The translations under genes were made by a program, and so were the position numbers. Positions 56,337-64,000 of a stretch of DNA of 64,000 nt are shown in pieces. Under the pieces are notes generated by a model. The model had not been told where the DNA came from. It was given only the letters and a program-made list of their open reading frames with translations, and made no database searches. Within the stretch, counting starts at the first letter, position 1; the number at the start of each line of letters is the position of its first letter. Source of the stretch: an uncultured Candidatus Entotheonella sp. (lineage in GTDB: Bacteria; Tectomicrobia; Entotheonellia; Entotheonellales; Entotheonellaceae); the NCBI GenBank assembly GCA_965215335.1, contig CBDCDA010000002.1:832001-896000 (forward strand), given 5' to 3'.

Positions 56337-57365
56337 ATGATGGAGTTGGTGGTCGCAGACCACGCCTCTCTGGACGCCAAGAATGACCCCTTGGTGAAGA
56401 TCAATGCCCTCGTTCCCTGGGAAACATTCCGCAGCCGCCTGGAGGCAGTCTGGCGCAAGCCACCCGACAAGCGCAAGTCCAATGCCGGATGCAAGCCCTG
56501 GGACGCTATCGTCATGTTCAAAGCCATCGTGTTGTGCGCCCTCTACAACCTGTCGGATGACCAAGTGGAATACCAGATGCGCGACCGCCTCTCCTTTGTG
56601 CGTTTCCTGGGTTTGCGCCTTGAAGACAAGGTGCCCGACGCCAGGACCGTGTGGCTCTGTCGCGAGCAGTTGTCACAGGCCGGTGTGATCGAAGCTTTGT
56701 TCAACGACTTCGACGGCTATCTCAACACCCAGGGCTATCAGGCAAGGGGCGGCCAGATCATGGATGCTTCAATTGTGGCGGTCCCCATCCAACGCAACCG
56801 TCGTGACGACAACGCCCAGATCAAGCAGGGCAGGACGCCCACGGCCTGGGCGGACAAGCCGGCCCGGCGTCGGCAGAAAGACACGGATGCGCGCTGGACG
56901 AAAAAGCACGGCAACAGTCACTACGGTTACAAGAACCACATTAACATTGACCGCACGTACAAACTGGTACGGCGTTACCGGGTGACGGACGCCTCGGTCC
57001 ACGACAGTCAGGTGATGGATGAGTTGCTGACTTCGGACAACATGGCAAGCGGTGTGTGGGCGGACAGCGCTTATCGGTCGAAAGCGATAGAGGCGAAGGT
57101 GAAGGCCAAGGGGCTGACGAGTCGGATTCATCGCAAGGGCCATCGTAACCGTCCATTGCGGGATTGGGAGAAGGCCGGCAACAGGAGTCGTTCACGGTTT
57201 CGGGCACGGGTGGAACACGTCTTCGGCGCGCAGCACAATGACATGGGCGGGACGTTGGTTCGCAGCATCGGGCTTGTCCGGGCGAGGGCGCGGACAGGTC
57301 TCAAGAACCTGGCCTACAACATGCGACGGCTGGTTGGGTTGCAATGTCTTGGGACGGTGGGTTGA
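56337..57365 (+). CDS. IS5-family transposase with replaced N-terminus
   Basis: LYNLSD.Q.E...DRLSF.RFLG, IMDASIV, YGYKNH, WADSAY, RARVEHVF. Confidence 0.88.
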   Translation: MMELVVADHASLDAKNDPLVKINALVPWETFRSRLEAVWRKPPDKRKSNAGCKPWDAIVMFKAIVLCALYNLSDDQVEYQMRDRLSFVRFLGLRLEDKVPDARTVWLCREQLSQAGVIEALFNDFDGYLNTQGYQARGGQIMDASIVAVPIQRNRRDDNAQIKQGRTPTAWADKPARRRQKDTDARWTKKHGNSHYGYKNHINIDRTYKLVRRYRVTDASVHDSQVMDELLTSDNMASGVWADSAYRSKAIEAKVKAKGLTSRIHRKGHRNRPLRDWEKAGNRSRSRFRARVEHVFGAQHNDMGGTLVRSIGLVRARARTGLKNLAYNMRRLVGLQCLGTVG

Positions 57366-57529
57366 GGGCAAGTGGTGCGACAAGGTGTAGCGGGCGCCCT
57401 CTTTGAGAGGTGAATCCTGATTGTCGGGAGGCGATACCCTGGAAAGCTGAGTTGATTTTCCTATCGAAACGGTGCGAATGACCCATCCTGTCATCTTGGA
57501 CCGCCCAAGAGGTATTTTTCGAGGTGCCC
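56362..57529 (+). mobile_element. IS5-family element lacking its left end
   Basis: Right IR TTTTTCGAGGTGCCC ends at 57529. No matching left IR. Confidence 0.8.
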
Positions 57530-57934
57530 CTGGGTAATCGCCGCCTTGTTGAGTGAGACGAAGTCGAAGGGGCGGTCGTACCAGCGCGCGAAGGTGCGCT
57601 CATGATACGAACTGTAGCGGCTGAGATTACGAAACGTGGCATGGCCGGGAAGCATCAGTAGAAGTCCCAATAGATGGGCGATGAATTTGCGTTGCGGTTT
57701 CTTGGTTTGGGCCAAGGTCGGCAGTACACTTTGAAGCAGTCGCACGGGACACCTCCATTCTTTGGTTGCGTGGGCTAACACAACTATGGAATTGGAGAAC
57801 CCGTGCGACTACCTTGCTCTCAAAACTGTCCGAAGTATTGAGAAGGAAAAATCTGTTATGAACGTCCGCGTAACCCAAAACCACGTCCGCAACGGCAAAG
57901 TTCCCGATGGCAACACCTGCGACCTGGAGCCCTG

Positions 57935-58162
57935 ATGGCGGAAGAAGCGAGGGAAGTGTATCAGGCAGATCATGAGGAAATGAAACGGTTGATCCTCAGC
58001 AAGTTCGAGAATGACGCTTTAGAGCGGCAAGAGGTCGAAGCGTGGCTGGATGACCTGGTGACGCCTGGCGAGAAGGTACTTTGTGATTGTGAGGAACTGG
58101 GGTTCTGCTACTGCAATTGTAAAACGTGCAGTAAATGCGGAAAGGAAGGACATGACACTTAG
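57935..58162 (+). CDS. Small Cys-rich hypothetical protein
   Basis: GGAG RBS. C-terminal CDC..CYCNCKTCSKC. Confidence 0.45.
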   Translation: MAEEAREVYQADHEEMKRLILSKFENDALERQEVEAWLDDLVTPGEKVLCDCEELGFCYCNCKTCSKCGKEGHDT

Positions 58163-59454
58163 GAATTTGTCGCAAATTAGTTTTTCATGCTTTGAGTTTT
58201 GTGTTTCAATTGTTCCATGAGGCGCGATCACGAACTCGAAGCCACCATTGTTGAGAAGTACGCGGTGATCGAAGCGTTTCTTGATGAGCGTGGGCGTCGT
58301 ATCTGGGCAGCCACGGAGTCGCGTGCCATCGGCTATGGAGGAGATGCCCTGGTGTCGGATGCGACAGGATTGTCGCGCCCGACTATTCGGGCGGGACGCC
58401 GAGAGCTGGCAGGTGGTGGCACTGAGTTTGGCCGGGTGCGCCGACCGGGCGCTGGACGACCGGGCATCGAGCAGTCTCAGCCGGGCATCAAGCAAGCGCT
58501 GGAGCAGTTGGTTGATCCGTTGACTCGCGGCGACCCGCAGTCGCCGTTGAGGTGGACGTGCAAGAGCAAAGCGAAGCTCACCGTGGCGCTGTCGAAGGCT
58601 GGCTGGAAGGTCAGTTCGACGACGGTGGGCCGTTTACTGCATGAGCTCGGCTATCGCCTGCAATCGGTGCGCAAGAGTCGAGAAGGGGCGTCGCACCCCG
58701 ATCGCAATGCACAGTTCGAACATATCAATTCAAAGGCAGATGAGTTTTTGCAACGCGGTCAGCCGGTGGTATCGGTCGACACCAAGAAGAAGGAGTTGGT
58801 GGGTGATTTCAAGAACGCTGGCCGGGAGTGGCAACCGAAGGGGCAGCCCGAGCAATCACGGGTTCACGACTTTCCTCAGGACGCGACGGGCAAGGCCATT
58901 CCCTATGGCATCTATGATATGGGAGGCAACGAAGCATGGGTCAGTGTTGGGTGTGACCACGACACGCCGGCGTTCGCGGTGGCCTCGCTGCGGCGGTGGT
59001 GGGACGAGATGGGCAAGCGTCGCTACTCCGAGGCTCGTGAGCTATTCATCACTGCCGATGCGGGCGGTAGCAACGGGTATCGCTGTCGCGCCTGGAAGCA
59101 CGGACTGCAACAGTTTGCCGACGAGACGGGTGTGCGCATCCACGTCAGCCACTTCCCGCCCGGTACCAGCAAATGGAACAAGATCGAGCATCGTCTGTTC
59201 TGCCACATCACGCAGAATTGGCGAGGCAAGCCGTTGCGGACCTTTGAGACCATAGTCGATTTGATCGGCAATACGCGTACCAACGCAGGTCTTCGGGTCA
59301 GAGCCGAACTTGACGCAAGAACATACCCGACCGCAGTGGTGACGACGAACGCCGAGATGGACGCCCTGTCGCTCCATCGCAACGCGTTCCACGGCGACTG
59401 GAACTATGAGTTACACCCACGATGAAGTTGGAAACCTAAATTGGATCAAATTCC
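58162..59454 (+). mobile_element. ISAzo13-family element
   Basis: IRs GGAATTTGTCGCAAATTAG / GGAATTTGATCCAATTTAG. 3-bp TTA duplication (58159-58161, 59455-59457). Confidence 0.92.
58217..59425 (+). CDS. ISAzo13 transposase
   Basis: GDPQSPLRWTCKS, SVDTKKKELVG, TADAGGSNG, PPGTSKWNKIEHRLF. Confidence 0.93.
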   Translation: MRRDHELEATIVEKYAVIEAFLDERGRRIWAATESRAIGYGGDALVSDATGLSRPTIRAGRRELAGGGTEFGRVRRPGAGRPGIEQSQPGIKQALEQLVDPLTRGDPQSPLRWTCKSKAKLTVALSKAGWKVSSTTVGRLLHELGYRLQSVRKSREGASHPDRNAQFEHINSKADEFLQRGQPVVSVDTKKKELVGDFKNAGREWQPKGQPEQSRVHDFPQDATGKAIPYGIYDMGGNEAWVSVGCDHDTPAFAVASLRRWWDEMGKRRYSEARELFITADAGGSNGYRCRAWKHGLQQFADETGVRIHVSHFPPGTSKWNKIEHRLFCHITQNWRGKPLRTFETIVDLIGNTRTNAGLRVRAELDARTYPTAVVTTNAEMDALSLHRNAFHGDWNYELHPR

Positions 59455-59971
59455 TTAGGGAAGCCTTGTTCAAGGCTATCCAATTTGAAAACAAGGCTGC
59501 CCACGCCACGGCCTTTCTCCTGTCGTCACCGCACATCGACAACCCACACACCATCGACAAGGGAATGTTAGGCAACCTGTTTTACCTCGCAGAGCGCCGC
59601 TGCATCGCCACTCACGGCCAGTTGCTGTTCATGGATCCGCCCACGGCCAATCTATCCACCTGAAAGACCCGATCATAGCCGACCACCTTGACGAACTGTC
59701 CAAGGCAGACGTCGAAATCCTGCAAAGCCTCCAGGACCGCTTCCTCGCGAAAAGCCCACAAGACCTCACACGCCTCACACGCAGCCTCCCCGAATGGCCG
59801 GACAACGGCACAACCGCCATTATCCCGTGGCGAGACATCATCTTCAGTTTCGGTTACAGCTTCAGAGACGCCGCCTGCGTCCTGGAGGCCGTCTCGGACC
59901 AACCGGGCATTGCTTCAATTCTCTCCGACTGACCTTTCCGACCCCCTCCCACCGAAGAAAGGCCCCCACAC

Positions 59972-61495
59972 ATGACCGAACCGTCCCTTTCCATGGCCGC
60001 GGTCTACGGCTGCATCCTGCACGCCCGCGCTGCCGGCGCCGACCGCTTCGACATCCAGATCGAACCGTCGGCCGGCATGCAGGCCAACCTCCGCTTCCGA
60101 CACAACGGAACCCTTCACGGCAACAGCCCGCGAGGATGCTACATCCAAGTGTTCCAGGCCCACGCACCGGTCTTCACCACCCTCGACGAAGACGGTCTCA
60201 AGACTGCCATCGACCTGGTCGTAGACAAACCCGCCCGCGCCATTTACAGCGAATTGCTCGACGCCACCACCTACTTGCCGGAGCGCTGCACCATCGCTTG
60301 CGACGATCGCCGCGTCGCCCGCAGCCCGTTGCCCTTCATGGAAGCCAGCCACGCCCAACTGTTCGACACCATCAACACCCCCTGGGGGCCGCTGACCGCG
60401 GCAGTCGGCACGTTCCCACCGACAAGACCGGACCTGCTGGTCCGCGGCTTGGCCTACGAGTTACCCTTTCCCAGCGGCTCCATCATCGTCAACGGCATTT
60501 ACAGCACCACCCTGCGGGTCCTCGTCGACGGCTCGCAAGCGGACGGCCTCGTCCACACCTGCTGGCACGAGGGTTTTACGCCAGCCGCCCGCCTGCAATT
60601 CCTTGCAAGCGTCGAAAAACCCCTCCAGGACCTTTTCTACGGCTTTCTGGACAACGGCGGCGCATTCTCCAGCCACGACACCTGGCGCCAGGCCGCCGCC
60701 TGCGGCTGGAACCTCCACGTCGACCCGCAGGCACCCCCCTGGCAGTCCCACACCGACCCCGCGCCGCAACGGCCGAGCCTCGTCCCTCTCACCGACGGTG
60801 CCCTGCGCGTCGAACTGACCGGCGGCCGCCACTGCGACGCCGCCCTGGTCTTCAGCCATCACCAGGACCTGCAGCCCGTAAGCAGGCACCGCGGCCTAAC
60901 CGGGTATCCCTGGCTTGAACGTCTGCCAGCGCTGCGCAACGTCACCGTACACGTCACCAGCAACGACGCCGACATCATCCTGCAAGGGAATCTGAACGAA
61001 GAAGACGACAGCCAAAGGGAAGAAGAAATCGGCAATTTCGAACACCGCCAGGCCGACCGCATCTACGCGGTCCTGACCATCGAGCGACAAGGCACCGAGG
61101 AACAGCGCGAAGTCGACCTGCCGTGGATCCTGACCGGACCGAAAAGCGCCGTCCTGTCCGGCGTCCTTTACCTCGGACCCGAAGCGCAAGACAAGGACCC
61201 CGAAGGCCTCATACACCACCTGGCGGACGCCGGCTTCCGGCCCTACGACCTCGATGAAGACGGGGACGGCGCAGGACCTTCTCTACAGAAACAGTATTTC
61301 CAGGAAGAGGCCACCTACGCCGCTTACGAAGCACTTCAGGGCAGCCGCGAAGCAGCCCGCCGCACCACACTGCTGACATCACGCCAGCATGTCCTGCCGG
61401 CCTTGCCTCGCCCCACCCGCAAGGCGACGACCCTGACCATCACCATTTCCGGCGACGACGTCCAGGTTGTCGCCGAGGACAATTCCCTACAATAA
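59972..61495 (+). CDS. Hypothetical mobile-element protein (possibly a degenerate GHKL/HATPase-like N-terminus)
   Basis: 507-aa ORF. ILHARAAGADRFDI resembles ELLQNARRAGA..I.I of plasmid/ICE proteins. Confidence 0.55.
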   Translation: MTEPSLSMAAVYGCILHARAAGADRFDIQIEPSAGMQANLRFRHNGTLHGNSPRGCYIQVFQAHAPVFTTLDEDGLKTAIDLVVDKPARAIYSELLDATTYLPERCTIACDDRRVARSPLPFMEASHAQLFDTINTPWGPLTAAVGTFPPTRPDLLVRGLAYELPFPSGSIIVNGIYSTTLRVLVDGSQADGLVHTCWHEGFTPAARLQFLASVEKPLQDLFYGFLDNGGAFSSHDTWRQAAACGWNLHVDPQAPPWQSHTDPAPQRPSLVPLTDGALRVELTGGRHCDAALVFSHHQDLQPVSRHRGLTGYPWLERLPALRNVTVHVTSNDADIILQGNLNEEDDSQREEEIGNFEHRQADRIYAVLTIERQGTEEQREVDLPWILTGPKSAVLSGVLYLGPEAQDKDPEGLIHHLADAGFRPYDLDEDGDGAGPSLQKQYFQEEATYAAYEALQGSREAARRTTLLTSRQHVLPALPRPTRKATTLTITISGDDVQVVAEDNSLQ

Positions 61496-61530
61496 CCGGC
61501 GATGCGACACTCGAACGACAGGACGCCGCC

Positions 61531-61716
61531 GTGACCGTAGAAGACCTCATCCAGCAACTGGAACAGCTGCCGCCCACGGCGGCCGTGTACTTCCCGCCAC
61601 GCGGCCACGACGACGATGCCGTGGAAATCGACGTCTGCGAGCTGGAACCGCCTCCCACCAGCCGGCCCCTGCGCATCGGCGGCCACTCGCCGCGCCGCGT
61701 CTTTCCGAGTGACTGA
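61531..61716 (+). CDS. Small hypothetical protein
   Basis: MTVEDLIQQLEQLP is a common N-terminus of phage/MGE small proteins. Confidence 0.55.
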   Translation: MTVEDLIQQLEQLPPTAAVYFPPRGHDDDAVEIDVCELEPPPTSRPLRIGGHSPRRVFPSD

Positions 61717-61720
61717 ACAC

Positions 61721-62362
61721 ATGACCAGACGCGCTCATCCCCGCCCCTTCCGCCATTGCCCTACCTGCAAACGCCTGGCCATGGTCACAGCCGACACCCC
61801 GGACGCCTGCGACCGTTGCGGCGCCCCGAACCCGACGGTCGAAACACTCGACGTACGCCTCATCGACTGCCTGCTTTGCGCAGCCTGCCGCGCCGACCTG
61901 CCAGCAAGTGGTCAGCCGTTCAACGTCTTCCTCGAAACGGGCCCGACCAACAACCAAGTGTGCAGCCATTGCCAAAACCAACGCGGCGCATGGCCTGACC
62001 TCAAACCCATTTCCCTGTACGCCGTCGCTCGCTGGAAAAGCCACGGCCTGCAGGCTTACCAGATCATCGCATGCCGCCGGGACAGATCATACGGCACCTC
62101 CGAAACCTCGCACGCCGAACCCGCCGGCAAGCGGAAAACCAGCGCCAGCGCGGACTGCCGCGCCGCAAAAACCCGCTCGAACCGCTCCCGCACACCGTCC
62201 AGCGAAACCTCCAGGCGCCGGCGCTCCACCTCACCGTCGCACGGGTCAAAGCCCGCCTCATGGGTCAAAATGACGTCAAGCAGCACTCGGTCGCGGCCGG
62301 GTAACCGGAAGACATCTGCCGCCAGAAGCTCGAAATCGTGCTCGCGGCAGCCACCGGCGTAA
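61721..62362 (+). CDS. Multi-CxxC putative zinc-finger protein
   Basis: CPTC, CDRC, CAAC, CSHC. The 3' part overlaps the antisense lipoprotein gene. Confidence 0.5.
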   Translation: MTRRAHPRPFRHCPTCKRLAMVTADTPDACDRCGAPNPTVETLDVRLIDCLLCAACRADLPASGQPFNVFLETGPTNNQVCSHCQNQRGAWPDLKPISLYAVARWKSHGLQAYQIIACRRDRSYGTSETSHAEPAGKRKTSASADCRAAKTRSNRSRTPSSETSRRRRSTSPSHGSKPASWVKMTSSSTRSRPGNRKTSAARSSKSCSRQPPA

Positions 62363-62901
62363 GATACCGTCATCTCCAGCACGCCGTCCCGGACGACCGG
62401 CGCATCATCAAGGAGATGCAACACGAAGCGGTCGCCCACCCTGTCCGGCAGACGCAACCCCCTAAGCACAAACGTCAGCGGCACGACAAGCGCGTCGGGC
62501 AGCGGTACCCGACGCTCGGCCAAGACTTCCACCTCTTCCACCTTTTCAAACACCGGAACTTCAGTCAGCGCCTCTACCTCCTCAGCAGTCTCGACCCCGA
62601 CGTCTTCCCCCATCATCTCTTCGCGCAGCTGCGCCTGCTCACGAGCTTCAGCTTCGAGGCCGGCTACATACCTTGCCGCCGCATCGGCCTCCGACTGCGT
62701 CACTTTCCGCCACGGGTAGCCCAGAACGCAACGACCTGCCGGCTGCGGTTCCCCGGGCAGGCGCAGAATGCCCTTTTCATAGATCAGGCCGTCAGCGTCC
62801 ACATGACGGTTCCATTCCCGGAAACGTTCCGTCACCGTGGAATCATCGCCGCAACCCACCACCAATAAAACCGCCAGAAAACCCATCGACAAACGCACCA
62901 T
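62056..62901 (-). CDS. Predicted lipoprotein
   Basis: Signal MVRLSMGFLAVLLVVG-C (lipobox). C-terminal VSYAGGCREHDFEL...H...DPC domain. Confidence 0.7.
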   Translation of the reverse strand: MVRLSMGFLAVLLVVGCGDDSTVTERFREWNRHVDADGLIYEKGILRLPGEPQPAGRCVLGYPWRKVTQSEADAAARYVAGLEAEAREQAQLREEMMGEDVGVETAEEVEALTEVPVFEKVEEVEVLAERRVPLPDALVVPLTFVLRGLRLPDRVGDRFVLHLLDDAPVVRDGVLEMTVSYAGGCREHDFELLAADVFRLPGRDRVLLDVILTHEAGFDPCDGEVERRRLEVSLDGVRERFERVFAARQSALALVFRLPAGSACEVSEVPYDLSRRHAMIW

Positions 62902-62975
62902 CCAATTCCCCTCTCCAGCCGGGTTTACCCTGCAAACAGTATAATGGAAACACCTGCTACAAAAGGAACAAGCCG

Positions 62976-63260
62976 ATGTCCAACCTGAAGCTCGACCTCG
63001 TCATCCGCGGCACCGCGCCGCCGGAAGACCGCGACCGCCTGGCGCAAGGTCTCCTCAAGGACCTCGACGCCCGGGGCGCCGAGGTGCGGCTCGTCGACGA
63101 ACAGCCGGAAACCCCATGCCCGGGCTGCAGCAAAAACAGCGTCGTGAGTACCCAAACGCAGCACGAGGACATACGCAAGACCCACGTGGCGTGCTCAGCC
63201 TGCGGATTCGTTCTTTCCCACATCCATACCTGGCCCGGCCGTACGAGGACATCTTCATGA
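62976..63260 (+). CDS. Small zinc-ribbon protein
   Basis: AAGGA RBS, CPGC...CSAC. ATGA overlap with the next gene. Confidence 0.6.
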   Translation: MSNLKLDLVIRGTAPPEDRDRLAQGLLKDLDARGAEVRLVDEQPETPCPGCSKNSVVSTQTQHEDIRKTHVACSACGFVLSHIHTWPGRTRTSS

Positions 63261-64000
63261 GCACCGCCATCGCCGACGAACGCCAGCAGTCCCTGCTGAC
63301 CAGCAACGAGCCCGCCACCCTGGCGGGCGACGTGCAGCGCGTCGTCTTCCACAACGAGGAAACTGGTTACGCCGTCCTGCGCATTCTGCCGCGCGGCAGC
63401 CGCAAAGTCGAAACGGCGGTCGGCTTCGCAGCCATGCCCAGCAAGGAAGAAGCCCTGACCGCAGTAGGCGAGTGGACCGTCGACCCGACGCACGGCCGGC
63501 AGTTCAAGGCTTCCTACATGCGCCTGTCACCGCCGGTCGCCAAGGACGCCATCCGCGCCTACCTGTCATCAGGAGCCGTCCCCGGCATCGGCAAGGTCGC
63601 CGCCGGACAACTCGTCGACGCCTTCGGACATCAGGTCTTTGACGTGATCGAGAACAACCCGGAACGCCTGAAAAAGGTTCCCGGCATCGGCCCGCACCGG
63701 GCGCACGCCCTGTCCAAGGCTTGGCAAGAGCAAAAGGGCATCCGCAACCTGATGATCTTCCTGCACGAAGCCGGCGTCAGCCCGAAACGGGCACACGCCA
63801 TCTATCAGAAATACGAAACCGACGCCGTCCGCATCATGAGCGAAGACCCATACCGGCTGTGCGCCGACCTGCACGGCATCGGTTTCCAGACGGCCGACAC
63901 CATCGCCCGTAAATTGGGCCTCAGCCCCGAAGACCCACAGCGCCTGCGCGCCGGCCTTCACTACGCCCTGCGGGAAGGCCGGCGCAGCGGTCATACCGGC
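63257..64000 (+). CDS. recD2: RecD2-like ATP-dependent DNA helicase (partial, runs off the window)
   Basis: Manual translation: G.VQRVVFHNEETGYAVLR, GEW..DPTHGRQFK, YLSSG.VPGIG, DPYRL..D..GIGFQTAD.IA. Confidence 0.9.
   Translation, partial: MSTAIADERQQSLLTSNEPATLAGDVQRVVFHNEETGYAVLRILPRGSRKVETAVGFAAMPSKEEALTAVGEWTVDPTHGRQFKASYMRLSPPVAKDAIRAYLSSGAVPGIGKVAAGQLVDAFGHQVFDVIENNPERLKKVPGIGPHRAHALSKAWQEQKGIRNLMIFLHEAGVSPKRAHAIYQKYETDAVRIMSEDPYRLCADLHGIGFQTADTIARKLGLSPEDPQRLRAGLHYALREGRRSGHTG

Larger units (their letters stand above)
55620..57840 (-). mobile_element. Second copy of the IS4/IS701-like element, disrupted
   Basis: Same IRs as 770-2086. Transposase split into 57530-57744 and 55638-56368. 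No target duplication. Confidence 0.9.
58152..59932 (+). pseudogene. Panacea/SocA (DUF4065)-like antitoxin, split by ISAzo13 and frameshifted
   Basis: After IS removal: MTLREALFKAIQFENKAAHATAFLL...LFYLAERRCIATHG, then in another frame DELSKADVEILQ...LPEW...IPWRDII. Confidence 0.7.

Overview
Bacterial, GC-rich window in three parts. (1) 1-23.6 kb, all on the minus strand: a surface-glycosylation locus. A HAD-UbiA phosphoribosyltransferase, a deleted GtrA-type flippase remnant and a DprE1-like oxidase (polyprenyl-phospho-pentofuranose donor pathway) lead into a tandem array of GT-C membrane glycosyltransferases. The array has two 'B' copies, three AftB-like 'A' copies, one A/dprE1 chimera and two decayed paralogues. 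The enzymes carry interchangeable C-terminal modules: a ~100-aa module X and a 153-aa CBM-like module Y. A ~6.4-6.8 kb tandem duplication, module swaps, patchwork gene conversion and two long G/C homopolymers at frame junctions suggest a recombination-diversified, possibly phase-variable glycan system. (2) 23.6-53.7 kb: mostly core metabolism (oligopeptide ABC ATPases split by an IS630, moaD/moaE, dcd, trkA, leuA, diiron + SCP2 pair, enolase-family enzyme, DUF1800/DUF1501/NHL, gspF/L/M). (3) 53.8-64 kb: an accessory island with a TPR array, a small multi-TM protein, a pile of nested IS elements, an ISAzo13-split Panacea antitoxin and a RecD2-like helicase. No rRNA, tRNA or CRISPR array seen. 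All family calls are from motif recognition by eye; no searches were run.
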